Source of the DNA: Candidatus Latescibacterota bacterium
GTDB taxonomy: Bacteria; Latescibacterota; UBA2968; UBA8231
Assembly (NCBI GenBank): GCA_965200315.1
Contig: OZ241362.1
Span: forward strand, 3,456,001-3,520,000
Direction of reading: 5' to 3'
Length of the DNA: 64,000 nucleotides
The notes below the pieces were generated by a model. That model was not told the DNA's origin, did no database searches, and saw nothing but the letters and a program-made list of their open reading frames with translations. Below are positions 1 through 10,200 of the stretch, piece by piece. How positions within the stretch are numbered: position 1 is the stretch's first letter; every line of letters starts with the position of its first letter. Made by a program: the position numbers and the translations under genes.

Positions 1-1500
1 GGGCAAACCCGGTCGCTGCTGCTCGCCGTCGAAATAGCGCACCCGCCCTTGCGCCAACCCACCCCAGTAAATGGTCTGCGGCGCGCCGGTCGTTAGCTGC
101 ACCAAGGCTTCGGTTACCACCGGGTTGACCTGCTGCCACCAGTGAACGTCGAGTTGAGTCAGGTCCTGTTCGTCGTCGATAACCTTGGCGATGCGGTCGC
201 AGACCTCTCGGTAGTTGGCCTGCAAGATGCGTTCGGGGTACTCTGGGGACTCGCCGGCGAGAAAGCGGGTCCAAGCGCGGTCGTCAAGCGAACGCGGTCC
301 GCGCTGCCCCACCTGCTTCCACTCATTTTCGGCTCCCTCGCGCAAGGTCTCCAGCCGCTGCCTGTCGCACTCCTCCATGGACGCGGCCCACAAGTGGATC
401 GGCGCATCGGAATTGATGGGGTTGAAGTCGGTCCAACCTTCGTCCGTGTACTTGTAGGGCACGAGCAGTCGCCCCCCTTCCTCGCGGCCGTGCTCGACTA
501 GCGCATCCATGTGCATGCGGAGCAAGTCCAAGTAGCGGGTCTCGCCCGTGACCAGCAGCGCGGCTTCTACCGCCGCGGTGATTGAGTGAGCCATCATGCC
601 GTGGCCATAGCGCCCGGTCCAGCCGTACAGCCCGCCCCACCACTGCCCTTGGCGCATCTCGCCGACAATACCGTTGGGGCCGATGTTGTCTGGGACGATG
701 CCGCCGTTGGCCTCGGTTCGCTCTATCCAAGCACCCACGTATTCCTCGATCCACTCCCGGTAGCGCGTCTCCCCGGTGTGGAGAAAGGCCGTTGCCACCA
801 GTGCCACGACTCCTAGGTTGACGGTCACATCGCCCTGCATGACTACTTGGTCGAATTGCTCCTCAACGCGGCGTTTAGTCTCGGGGTCCTCCCACCAGTT
901 AGCGGGCAAATCAGAGCCAGGCCCCAGCGTGGCGTGACCGTGGGTGAGGTCGTAGTGGATTTCGCCGCGTCGCATCTGGAAGAGCGGCCCCTTGCTGCCG
1001 CTACAGGGCGAGCGCACGATGCGGTGCTCGGGGTCGTAGTTGGGCACGGCCGGGTCGTCGTTTAAGTACAATCCGGCAAAGCGCTGTGCCCGGCGGCGCG
1101 TCTCGGCGTTGGTCGGATCGGCCATCCCCAAGTGATAGAAGTAGATGTAGTTTTCCGCGTTGTGGAACCAGTCGTCGTCGTTGATAAACTCTCGAGTGAC
1201 GCGACCGTAGTCGTGCTCTAGCTGCCGAGTAATGGCGTTCCACTCCTCTAGGGCTTTGACGCCCGTGTACTCGCTGCCGCCTAGGGCGTAGTAGTGAGGC
1301 CAATTGAAAAATGCCTCGTACAGGTCGTCGGCCCAGACCCCATCCCCGGGGTATTCTTCCATCCATATCAGGCTGCCGCCGGGACGGGTGTACTTTTCGA
1401 GAAAAATCGGTGCCGCCTCGTCGATAGCGTCGATCAGTCGCCGCTGCAAGACTGCCCATAGCGGCGGCGCAGTGCGGGTTTGGCCTTTTAGCGTTTTCAC
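1..1500 (-). CDS. Conserved hypothetical protein, >=500 aa, runs off the window's left edge; possibly a helical-toroid carbohydrate-active enzyme
   Basis: Manual translation from GTG at 1500 (MKTLKGQTRTAPPLWAVLQRRLID...DDLYEAFFNWP...WWGGLYGW...) stays open to base 1. Missing from the ORF track because its stop lies outside the window. Confidence 0.75.
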   Translation of the reverse strand, partial: MKTLKGQTRTAPPLWAVLQRRLIDAIDEAAPIFLEKYTRPGGSLIWMEEYPGDGVWADDLYEAFFNWPHYYALGGSEYTGVKALEEWNAITRQLEHDYGRVTREFINDDDWFHNAENYIYFYHLGMADPTNAETRRRAQRFAGLYLNDDPAVPNYDPEHRIVRSPCSGSKGPLFQMRRGEIHYDLTHGHATLGPGSDLPANWWEDPETKRRVEEQFDQVVMQGDVTVNLGVVALVATAFLHTGETRYREWIEEYVGAWIERTEANGGIVPDNIGPNGIVGEMRQGQWWGGLYGWTGRYGHGMMAHSITAAVEAALLVTGETRYLDLLRMHMDALVEHGREEGGRLLVPYKYTDEGWTDFNPINSDAPIHLWAASMEECDRQRLETLREGAENEWKQVGQRGPRSLDDRAWTRFLAGESPEYPERILQANYREVCDRIAKVIDDEQDLTQLDVHWWQQVNPVVTEALVQLTTGAPQTIYWGGLAQGRVRYFDGEQQRPGLP

Positions 1501-1626
1501 GGATTCATCCTCTCGCAAAGGGCTCCGATACAATAGATACGCACTCAGCCGCACCGATGGCAAGTTTGACAATGTGGGCGCATTTTATAGGACAGACGTC
1601 GCCACTCAAAGAAAGCGAGCCATGCC

Positions 1627-2164
1627 ATGACCACTGCCAAGACAGCCCCTTTAGTCGAAACGGCGCAGATTCTTGGGGTACGCCATAGGCTGCACAATGG
1701 CTTCGACCTAATTGAAATGAGCAATCGAGGCATTGCGCGGTCGGAGTTGATAAAACTAGCGGAATACCTCGCTATATCGCCGGGACAACTCATTCGCCTG
1801 CTGCCCATTAGCGAACGCACGGTGCAGCGACACGGCGACGCCAAACCATTCGGTCGGACCGATTAGTTCTCTGCGGGTTTATCTTCCAACTAGTGGGAAC
1901 CTTGTGCGGCGGTTTCCGATGATGTGTCAGCAGAGGCTCGAGGAGATGTTGCCAAACAACTGGCGGCAACATCCGGCCCCTGTCGAGCTAGAGGATATCG
2001 GCACCTGTTGGGCGGCGGAAAGGCGGTCTTTGCTGCCGTGCGTACCCTCGGCAGCAGTCAAGGGCGACTACAATGTGCTAATCAATCCAGCGCATTCAGA
2101 TATGAAAGGAGTGGAAGTCTCGGCAGGTGAACCGTACTTGCTTGACGAGCGGCTAGTGAGATAG
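1627..2164 (+). pseudogene. Xre/MbcA-type antitoxin + RES-domain toxin pair fused by an internal deletion
   Basis: 1627-1866 encodes only the Xre HTH part (..LIRLLPISERTVQR..). 1904-2164 encodes only the RES C-terminus (LPNNWRQHP..GTCWA..CVPSAAV..NVLINPAH..LDERL). The antitoxin C-terminus and toxin N-terminus are missing. Confidence 0.75.
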
Positions 2165-2200
2165 CCAGAAGTCTAAGGGGAGTTAATCAGTGTGCGATTT

Positions 2201-2299
2201 TAGGCGGCAGCAGATGTAAGCCGTCGGAATTGCAATCAGCAGAATGAGTCCTAGGCGGCAGAAGATGTACGCCGGCACTACAATCAGCAGAACGAGTAC
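2201..2299. repeat. Imperfect tandem repeat, 2 units of ~50 bp, downstream of the tRNA 3' end
   Basis: TAGGCGGCAG..AGATGTA.GCCG...CAATCAGCAGAA.GAGT occurs at 2201 and again at 2252. Confidence 0.6.
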
Positions 2300-2381
2300 G
2301 GAAACGATGTCGAGGAGTCGCCTAACCTCTGGAGATGTCACGGCGGGTTACCTCTTTTTAGCTTGCAACGGTTAGTAAAAA

Positions 2382-2468
2382 TGGTGCCGGAGGTGGGACT
2401 CGAACCCACACACCCTTGCGGATACAGGATTTTGAATCCAGCGCGTCTACCAATTCCGCCACTCCGGC
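2382..2468 (-). tRNA. tRNA-Leu (CAA)
   Basis: GCCGGAGTGGCGGAATTGGTAGACGCGCTGGATTCAAAATCCTG...GGGTTCGAGTCCCACCTCCGGCACCA: acceptor stem, D-loop GG, anticodon CAA, long variable arm, TTCGA T-loop, encoded CCA. Confidence 0.97.
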
Positions 2469-2476
2469 TAGACCAT

Positions 2477-2965
2477 TTACCTCTCCTCTCGTTCGCTCTT
2501 CGGCTTGCCGAGGATTTCCATATAGACGATCGCGTCGCGCGCCGTCTGAGGGTTGAGAAACCAACGGTTCCCAGTGCGACGAGACCGATGTTTCTTGCCT
2601 GTATCCTCGGGCTTGGTCTCCGTCAGCCGCTCCATAGCCTGTTTCTCGGCCGCCACGGTGCGCCGTTTGGCCTCTAGAGCCTGCCGCTCGGCTTCTAGTG
2701 CCTCCCGCTCAGCCTCGGCCGGATCGACTTCGGCGAGCACTGGCTCCTCAAAGGGATCGCCGTCAAAAGGCCACCCAAAGGTCGGCTTTTCTTCCTTCTT
2801 CTCCTCGACGACAACGGGCGCAGCCGGATTGACCTCGGCGTACTGTTCTTCGATCTCGGTGTGCTGCTGTTGGGCCTCTTCAACCTCTTTGCGGCGCCGG
2901 CGCCGCTCCATCAGCGCCGAAAATATGCTGAACAGGATGGCGAGGAGAAATATTAGGAGTTCCAT
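2477..2965 (-). CDS. Membrane-anchored acidic coiled-coil protein (YqfB-like last gene of the floA operon)
   Basis: N-terminal TM helix, Glu-rich body, C-terminal 'RDAIVYMEILGKP' motif; 3 bp downstream of floA. Confidence 0.7.
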   Translation of the reverse strand: MELLIFLLAILFSIFSALMERRRRRKEVEEAQQQHTEIEEQYAEVNPAAPVVVEEKKEEKPTFGWPFDGDPFEEPVLAEVDPAEAEREALEAERQALEAKRRTVAAEKQAMERLTETKPEDTGKKHRSRRTGNRWFLNPQTARDAIVYMEILGKPKSEREER

Positions 2966-2968
2966 GGA

Positions 2969-3973
2969 CTAGTTGTCGCGGTTGTCGCGGTTGTCGCGGT
3001 TGTCGCGATCCTCGCCGCTTTCGGAAATCGAGTCGCGCATATCCGTGTCAGCTTGGATATTGCGCATGCGGTAGTAGTCCATAATGCCCAGATTGCCCTC
3101 GCGGAAGGCCTCGGCCATTGCGCGCGGCACCTCGGCTTCGGCTTCCTTGACTCGCGATTCCATCTCCACAACTTGGGCGGTCATCTCCTGCTCGCGCGCT
3201 TGGGCCATGGCCCGGCGTTCCTCGGCCTTAGCTTGGGCGATTTTGAGATCGGCATCCGCCTGATCGGTCTGCAACTTAGCGCCGATATTCTCGCCCACAT
3301 CGACATCGGCGATGTCAATCGAGAGAATCTCAAAGGCCGTCTCCGAGTCGAGGCCCTTTTCCAACACGCGCCGGGAAATCAAATCGGGATTTTCGAGCAC
3401 CTCTTTGTGCGTCGTAGCCGAACCGATGGTGGTGACGATCCCTTCGCCAACCCGGGCGATGATCGTCTCCTCGCCAGCACCGCCGACCAAGCGGTCGATA
3501 TTGGCGCGCACGGTTACTAGGCAGGTGGCCTTGACCTGAATGCCGTCTTTGGCAATCGCCGCAATCAGAGGCGTGTTAATCACCTTGGGATTGACGCTGA
3601 CTTTGACTGCATCGAGCACATCGCGGCCAGCCAAGTCGATGCTGGCAGCACGCTCAAAGCTCAGGTCGATGTTGGCCTTGTCGGCCGAAATCAGCGCCAA
3701 AATCACGGCGTTGACGTTGCCGCCGGCCAAGTAGTGAGCTTCCATGCTCTCCAAGCCGACGTCCAACCCCGCTTTAGTGGCGCTGATTTTGGGATCGACG
3801 ATCTGTCGCGGCGGCACCTTGCGCAGTCGCATACCCACCAAGTCCTTGAAGATCCCCACTCGGACTCCGGCGAAATAGGCCGAAATCCACAGCCCCACCG
3901 GAATGAAATAGGTGAAGAGCGACAAAAAGACGATGATGCCAAAAAGCGCCAAGACCAAAAACAGGACTTCCAT
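2969..3973 (-). CDS. floA: Flotillin-like protein FloA (YqfA)
   Basis: Family motifs [78 protein letters not shown]. Confidence 0.95.
   Translation of the reverse strand: MEVLFLVLALFGIIVFLSLFTYFIPVGLWISAYFAGVRVGIFKDLVGMRLRKVPPRQIVDPKISATKAGLDVGLESMEAHYLAGGNVNAVILALISADKANIDLSFERAASIDLAGRDVLDAVKVSVNPKVINTPLIAAIAKDGIQVKATCLVTVRANIDRLVGGAGEETIIARVGEGIVTTIGSATTHKEVLENPDLISRRVLEKGLDSETAFEILSIDIADVDVGENIGAKLQTDQADADLKIAQAKAEERRAMAQAREQEMTAQVVEMESRVKEAEAEVPRAMAEAFREGNLGIMDYYRMRNIQADTDMRDSISESGEDRDNRDNRDNRDN
2972..3007. repeat. 9-bp tandem repeat (GTTGTCGCG x4) encoding the (RDN)n tail of FloA
   Basis: Four perfect copies read directly in the sequence. Confidence 0.9.
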
Positions 3974-3998
3974 TTATTAGCTCCTTGAAGGGAGTGAA

Positions 3999-4508
3999 CT
4001 AAGGTTCGGACTGGACTGACTGAACCACGACTCTGTTGCCAGCCACGTTCAATACCTCGACCTGCTCGCCACGTTCAATATAGCCACCCTCACTGACTAC
4101 GTCGACTACCCGTTCGCCAAATTGCGCCCGCCCCGCTGGCCGCAGCGTCGTAACCGCCTCGCCCGTCTGCCCGAGCAATGACTCGCGGCCCGGCTTGACC
4201 GAATCGTAGCCGGCCTTGCGCGTCATGCCATCGCTGAGTACCAAGCGGTTCCAAGCGCGGACCTTGAGCATTACCCGCACCAAAATGGCGGTCCCCAAAA
4301 GCCCCAAGCCCGCCACGACTCCAGCCGCCAAGCCGCCCATATTCACATAGGCATAGGCAATGCCGGCGACCGCGGCCAGGAAACCAACGATGCCGAAGAT
4401 GTTGATCCCTGGAATGACGAAAATTTCCAACAGCACCAGCACAAAGCCGAGCACTAGCAAGGCCAGCGAATAAACCCATTCCAACATCTCTCCCCCTAAA
4501 AAGCTCAT
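3999..4508 (-). CDS. nfeD: Short NfeD-family protein (TM segments + C-terminal OB fold)
   Basis: LEIFVIPG TM region; GEAVTTLRPAGRA..VDVVSEGGYI..GNRVVV. Confidence 0.85.
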   Translation of the reverse strand: MSFLGGEMLEWVYSLALLVLGFVLVLLEIFVIPGINIFGIVGFLAAVAGIAYAYVNMGGLAAGVVAGLGLLGTAILVRVMLKVRAWNRLVLSDGMTRKAGYDSVKPGRESLLGQTGEAVTTLRPAGRAQFGERVVDVVSEGGYIERGEQVEVLNVAGNRVVVQSVQSEP

Positions 4509-5824
4509 AGCGCCTTCACCACCACTCGACTGCCGCGCGCTTCTACTACTTTAATGGGCCGCTGCGCCTCGATGAATTCGCCCTCGGCGATCACGGTGAG
4601 CCGCTTGCCCTCAAACAGGGCGATACCTGCGGGCCGCAGGTAGCTGACCGTGACCCCCTCCTTGCCCAACAGCTCCTCGTCGGTCTTGCGCGAAGAGGAA
4701 GTGTACCCATCGGCGGTCTTAATCTCGTTGTGGAGTACTAGGCGATTGAAGGCGGCGAACTTGGGCAGGGAGCGCAAAACGATGAGCGAGAATATAAACG
4801 CGCCGATCATCGATCCAGCGAGACGCCCTATCACCGAGACGATTTCCTCGAAACTCCACAATTGAAAATCGCCCAATTGGGTAATCACCACGCTGGCAAT
4901 CATCGCGCCGATACCCAACACGCCCACAATGCCAAAGCCCGGAATGGCCACCAACTCGACGACCAACAGCGTCGCGCCGACGGCAAAGAGAGCTAGCTCT
5001 TGCCATTCGGCTAAGTGGACTATCAGGTGGCTACCGAAGAAAAGCCCCAGTGCCACTAATGCGAGCGTACCGCCCAAGCCCCAACCGGGCGTGCGCACCT
5101 CGGCGATCAAGCCGAACATGGCCACCGCCAGCAAAATCGAAGTGACGACCGGGTGGGTCAACATGCGCAAGACGTGCTCGGTCCAGTTGAGTTCAACCTC
5201 GACGATTTCGGCCTCGCCTAGATCGTAGATGCGCAACAGCTCGATCAGCGTCTCGGCTGTCTCGTCGGCCATCTGGTAGTTGAGCGCCTGCTCGGTGGTC
5301 AGGGTGGCCGGCCGGCCCGCTTCGGCGCTCAGGCCCGGCACATCGACGCGCTCGTCCACCATGGCCTCGGCGATCTTGATGTTTCGGCCGGTGCGCTCGG
5401 CCGTAGCGCGCATCTCGGCGCGCATATAGGAGGTCACCTTGTCGCTGGCTTTGTCGCCCGTGGCATCGACTGGGGTGGTCGCGCCCATGGTTGAGGCTTG
5501 CGTCATGACGATCTTGTCGCAGGCCAGCGAGATGAGTGCCCCGGCCGAAATTGCCCGCTTATTGATAAAGGCAATGGTCAGGGTTTCGGCATCGAGAATG
5601 GCGTCGCGGATCACAGCGGCCGCATCGACGCGCCCGCCAAAGGTGTCGATCTCGAAAACGATCGCGTCGGCTTCGGTCTCGTCGGCCTCGACGATCACGC
5701 GCTCGACAAAGGCCGCTACGCCCGGGTCGATCATGCCCTCTAGCTTGAGGTGGACGCGATAGACGGTCTGAGCGTGGGCGCTGCCGGCCGACAAAAGTAA
5801 GAGTGTGTAGATAAGGCGTCGCAT
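4505..5824 (-). CDS. nfeD: Long NfeD (YqeZ-like): ClpP-like serine protease + TM + OB fold
   Basis: Signal peptide, IDTFGGRVDAA, AISAGALISLAC, multi-TM region, LRPAG OB domain. Confidence 0.9.
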   Translation of the reverse strand: MRRLIYTLLLLSAGSAHAQTVYRVHLKLEGMIDPGVAAFVERVIVEADETEADAIVFEIDTFGGRVDAAAVIRDAILDAETLTIAFINKRAISAGALISLACDKIVMTQASTMGATTPVDATGDKASDKVTSYMRAEMRATAERTGRNIKIAEAMVDERVDVPGLSAEAGRPATLTTEQALNYQMADETAETLIELLRIYDLGEAEIVEVELNWTEHVLRMLTHPVVTSILLAVAMFGLIAEVRTPGWGLGGTLALVALGLFFGSHLIVHLAEWQELALFAVGATLLVVELVAIPGFGIVGVLGIGAMIASVVITQLGDFQLWSFEEIVSVIGRLAGSMIGAFIFSLIVLRSLPKFAAFNRLVLHNEIKTADGYTSSSRKTDEELLGKEGVTVSYLRPAGIALFEGKRLTVIAEGEFIEAQRPIKVVEARGSRVVVKAL

Positions 5825-5834
5825 TTAACTATTG

Positions 5835-5863
5835 AATATATGAGGCAATAGATTGTAATCCAA
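5835..5863 (-). promoter_or_regulatory. Putative sigma70-type promoter (TTGGAT-17-TATATT) of the nfeD-floA operon, near-leaderless
   Basis: Same -35/-10 pattern as at 55415 and 56929; the -10 box lies about 10 nt upstream of the ATG. Confidence 0.45.
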
Positions 5864-5955
5864 GCATCTGATCATTGTCAACAACCTCATTTGACCCTCC
5901 TTTTGCCCCAGCCTACTTTTTGATTTTCGCTGATAATAACCCAAACGAAAAAACC

Positions 5956-7224
5956 ATGCCCCGCAAGCTCGAAATAGTGCTCAAAGGCGGCCACGTAATC
6001 GACCCTGCCAACGGTATCGACGGCGTCGCCGATGTCGGCGTTCTCGACGGCCGCATCGCCCGCGTCGAAGAGGACATTTCCCCGGCGGACGCCCATCGCG
6101 TCATTGACGTGGGCAACCTCGTCGTCGTGCCGGGCCTGCTCGACATCCACGTCCATTCGTACCATACCCGCGCCCGCCAATCCGGCGGGTTAGTCGGCAG
6201 CCTCAATGCCGACGCCCACTTCCTCAAAGAGGGTGTAACCACCTGCGTTGATACAGGCACGGCCGGTGCCGAGGAGTTTGAACATTTCCGCGAGACGGTG
6301 ATCGATCACTCCAAGATCCGCATGTTCGCATATATCAATATTGCCGCCCCAGGCATGGGACCTCCCGAACAGGTCGTCGCCAACCTCGATCCTCAGCGGG
6401 CGGCCGAGATGGCTGCGGCCCACGACGATGTGTGCGTCGGCATCAAGACCGCCCACTATTGGACCACCAAGCCCTTTGACGACGAGCATCCGCCTTGGGC
6501 CTCGGTTGATGCGGCCGGCGAGGCCGGCGAGTGCTGTAAAATGCCGGTGATGGTTGACTTTTGGCCGCGCCCACCCGAGCGCTCCTATCCCGATCTCCTC
6601 CTCAAGCACCTACGCCCCGGCGACATCCACACCCACGTCTTTGCCCGCCAGTTCCCCGTCATTGATGAAAACGGCGCGGTGTACGACTATATGCGCGAAG
6701 CGCGCGAGCGGGGCATTCACTTCGACCTTGGCCACGGGGCGGCCAGCTTCTGGTACCGCGCCGCCATGCCGGCCATTGCCGACGGCTTCCCGCCCGATTC
6801 CATTAGCACCGACCTGCACATGGGCAATATCAACGGCCACGTCCACTCGATGCTCGACACCATGTCCAAGTGCTTGGCCATGGACATGTCCTTACAGGAA
6901 GTGATCTACCGCTCCACCGTCACGCCCGCCAGTGCCATCCGCCGGCCCGAGTTGGGGACTTTGACGCCCGGCTCTGAAGCCGACATTTCCGTGCTGGGCG
7001 TCCTCGAGGGCAATTTCTACTTTCGCGACTGCGGTTGGGCCTGTATCGAAGCCCGGCACCGCCTCGAATGCGCTCTGACCTTGCGGGCGGGCGAAGTAGT
7101 GTGGGACCGCCACGGCATGACCTGCCCGCACTTGCAGGAAATCCCGCCCGAAGAACCCTACTGGCACCTGCCCGAGCACCAAGCCACCAGCCCTATCCCG
7201 CGCCTGTGGCGCACTGATGCCTGA
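5956..7224 (+). CDS. Amidohydrolase / dihydroorotase-like deacetylase family metallohydrolase
   Basis: PGLLDIHVH metal motif, GVTTCVDTG, LRPGDIHTH, FDLGHG, DSISTDLH; ATG at 5956 preferred as start. Confidence 0.88.
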   Translation: MPRKLEIVLKGGHVIDPANGIDGVADVGVLDGRIARVEEDISPADAHRVIDVGNLVVVPGLLDIHVHSYHTRARQSGGLVGSLNADAHFLKEGVTTCVDTGTAGAEEFEHFRETVIDHSKIRMFAYINIAAPGMGPPEQVVANLDPQRAAEMAAAHDDVCVGIKTAHYWTTKPFDDEHPPWASVDAAGEAGECCKMPVMVDFWPRPPERSYPDLLLKHLRPGDIHTHVFARQFPVIDENGAVYDYMREARERGIHFDLGHGAASFWYRAAMPAIADGFPPDSISTDLHMGNINGHVHSMLDTMSKCLAMDMSLQEVIYRSTVTPASAIRRPELGTLTPGSEADISVLGVLEGNFYFRDCGWACIEARHRLECALTLRAGEVVWDRHGMTCPHLQEIPPEEPYWHLPEHQATSPIPRLWRTDA

Positions 7225-7242
7225 ATGGCCGGCAAGTAATTT

Positions 7243-10200
7243 TTGAGCGAAACACCTACCAAACTTCACCCGATCACGGCACTTAAAACCCTTCTGCCTC
7301 AGTGTATGCTCCAGGATCGGGTGCGTATCGAACGGCGTCTGAATCGCCGCCGCCTCAACTCCGAAGAAATCGAACGCCTCTTGGGCCAAGCTCGCAGTTC
7401 GGCTCGTCTGCACAAACGGCGGCGCACAAACCGCCCGATCCCCACCTACCCCCCGGCCCTGCCCATCAGCGACCGCCGGGACGAAATCCTCGCGGCGATC
7501 AAGGCGCACCCCGTCGTCATCGTCGCTGGCGAGACCGGCTCGGGCAAGAGTACGCAATTGCCCAAAATCTGCCTAGAGGCTGGCCGCGGCGAGGCCGCCC
7601 GCATCGCCGTCACGCAGCCGCGCCGCGTCGCCGCTCTCTCCATCGCCCGCCGCATCGCCGAGGAACTGCGCGTTTCCTATGGCCGCGATGTGGGCTGCAA
7701 AATCCGCTTCCGCGACCAGACTGCGCCCGAGAGCTACATCAAGGTCATGACCGACGGCATGCTGCTGGCCGAGACTCAAACCGACCCGGATTTGCTCGAA
7801 TACGACACCATTATCGTGGACGAGGCCCATGAGCGCAGCCTCAACATCGACTTCCTGCTCGGCTATCTGCGGCTTCTCCGTCGCAAGCGGCCCGATCTCA
7901 AGATCGTCATCACCTCGGCCACCATCGACACCGAAACCTTCTCTAAAGCGTTCGATGACGCCCCGGTCATCGAGGTCTCGGGCCGAATGTTCGCAGTCGA
8001 GGTCCGCTACTGGCCACTCGACGAGATCCTGCAGGACCGCGGCGACTATACGTATTTGGATGCGGCTGCCAGCGCAGTGGACGAAATTTTGCGCACGTCG
8101 CGAGAGGGCGACCTGTTGGTCTTTCTGCCGTCCGAGCGCGACATCCGCGAAACCCGCGAGCGGCTCGAAGGGCGCAAGCTGCGCGGCGTCGAGGTCTTGC
8201 CGCTGTTTGGCCGCCTGACCGCCGGGGAGCAGCAGCGCGTATTCGCCCCGCGGGAGCGTCGCCGCGTAGTGTTGGCCACCAATATCGCCGAAACTTCGCT
8301 GACCATTCCCCGCATCCGCTACGTCGTCGATACCGGCTTGGCGCGCCTGTCGCGCTACAACCCCCGTACGCACACCCAGCGCCTGCCCATCGAGCCGATC
8401 TCGCAGAGCAGCGCCCGCCAACGGGAGGGGCGCTGTGGGCGGGTTGCGGACGGGGTGTGCATTCGCCTCTACTCTGAGCAGGATTTTCTCTCGCGGCCCG
8501 AATACACTCAGCCCGAGATCCAGCGCGCCAATCTCGCCGAGGTCATCCTGCGGATGATCAACCTCAAGCTGGGCGACGTCGAGGCGTTTCCCTTTATCGA
8601 CCCCCCGGCAAAAGCCGCCATCGCCGGCGGGTTCCAGCTCCTGAGCCAGCTCAACGCCCTCGACGAAAATCGCGCACTCACTCCCACTGGCCGCGCCATG
8701 GCCCGCCTGCCCATCGACCCCACGGTCTCGCGGATGCTGCTCCAAGCCCGCGAGGAGCAAGCCCTTTCCGAGGTACTCGTCATTGCCGCGGCCATCAGCA
8801 TTCAAGATCCGCGCGAGCGGCCTCTCGAGGAGCAGGATGCGGCCGACCAAATGCACCGCCAGTTCCACGACAAAAATTCCGATTTCCTAGGCTATCTCAA
8901 CATCTGGAACGCCTATCACAAACAAGTGGAACGCGCCTCTCAGAACCAGTTGCGCAAATTCTGCAAGGCGCACTACCTCTCCTACATGCGGATGCGCGAA
9001 TGGCGCGATATCCACGCGCAGCTCCGCGAGGCACTAAACGAAATAAGAGGCTTTCGCTTCAATAGCACCCCCGCCGAATACGACGCGATCCACCGCTCAG
9101 TACTCACCGGCCTGCTTTCGAGTGTGGCGCGCCAAGAAGAGGGCAATGTCTATCAGGCAACGCGCAACCGCGAGGCGATGATTTTCCCCGGCTCGGGACT
9201 CTTCCGCCCCAACAAGGGCCAGAAGCCGGGCGAGGGCGGGCCACCCGACTGGCTGGTCGCGGCCGAGATCGTCGAGACCTCGCGCCTGTTCGCCCGCACC
9301 GTTGCCCGCGTCCAGCCCGAATGGCTCGCCGAGCTAGGCAGCCACCTGTGCCGAGTTTCCTACGACCAGCCCTACTTCAACCCGCGCTCGGGGCGAGTGC
9401 TGGTGCGCGAAAAGCGGACCCTCTACGGCCTCGAAGTACTCAGCCGCCGCATCCCTTACAGCCGCATCAACGCCCGCGAGGCCACCGACATATTCATCCG
9501 CGAGGCATTGGTGCCCGGGGCGGTGCATACTCCACACAAGTTTCTCGCGCACAACATTCGCCTGTGTCAGAAGATCGAAACTTGGCAGACCCGCGCCCGC
9601 GGCTGGGCCGATGTCCACGTCGAAGAGGCCGCGGCCCGCTTTTACGCCCAGCACCTCGACGATGTTTCCTCCCTGCCCGACCTCAACCGGTTCCTCAAAG
9701 ACAAAGCCGACGACTTCCTACTGATGCAGGAGGAAGACCTGCTCGGCACCACCCGCGCCGATTTCGACCAGCAAGCCTTCCCAGACGCGCTCGACCTCGA
9801 CGGCAAAAAATTAGCCCTCAGCTACGCCTATCGCCCGGGGCAAGACGAGGACGGCATCACCGTCAAAGTGCCCTACAAACTAGCCCACGCCGTCGATCCA
9901 GAAGTACTCGAATGGCTGGTGCCGGGCCTGCGCGAAGAAAAAATTACCGTCCTGCTGCGCTCGTTGCCCAAGTCCATCCGCAAGCAACTGGTGCCGATTC
10001 CCGCCAAGGCCCAGCGCATTGCGGCCGTGCTCAAGCCGACGCATCCCACCTTTTTGGAGTCGCTGCAAGATCACATCCGCCAGCACTACCATATCCAAAT
10101 CCAAGCGTCGGACTGGAACGCCGACGCCCTGCCCGACCACCTCAAAATGCGCGTCGATATCCAAGGCACCAACGAGCAATCCGTTGCGGCCGGCCGCGAT

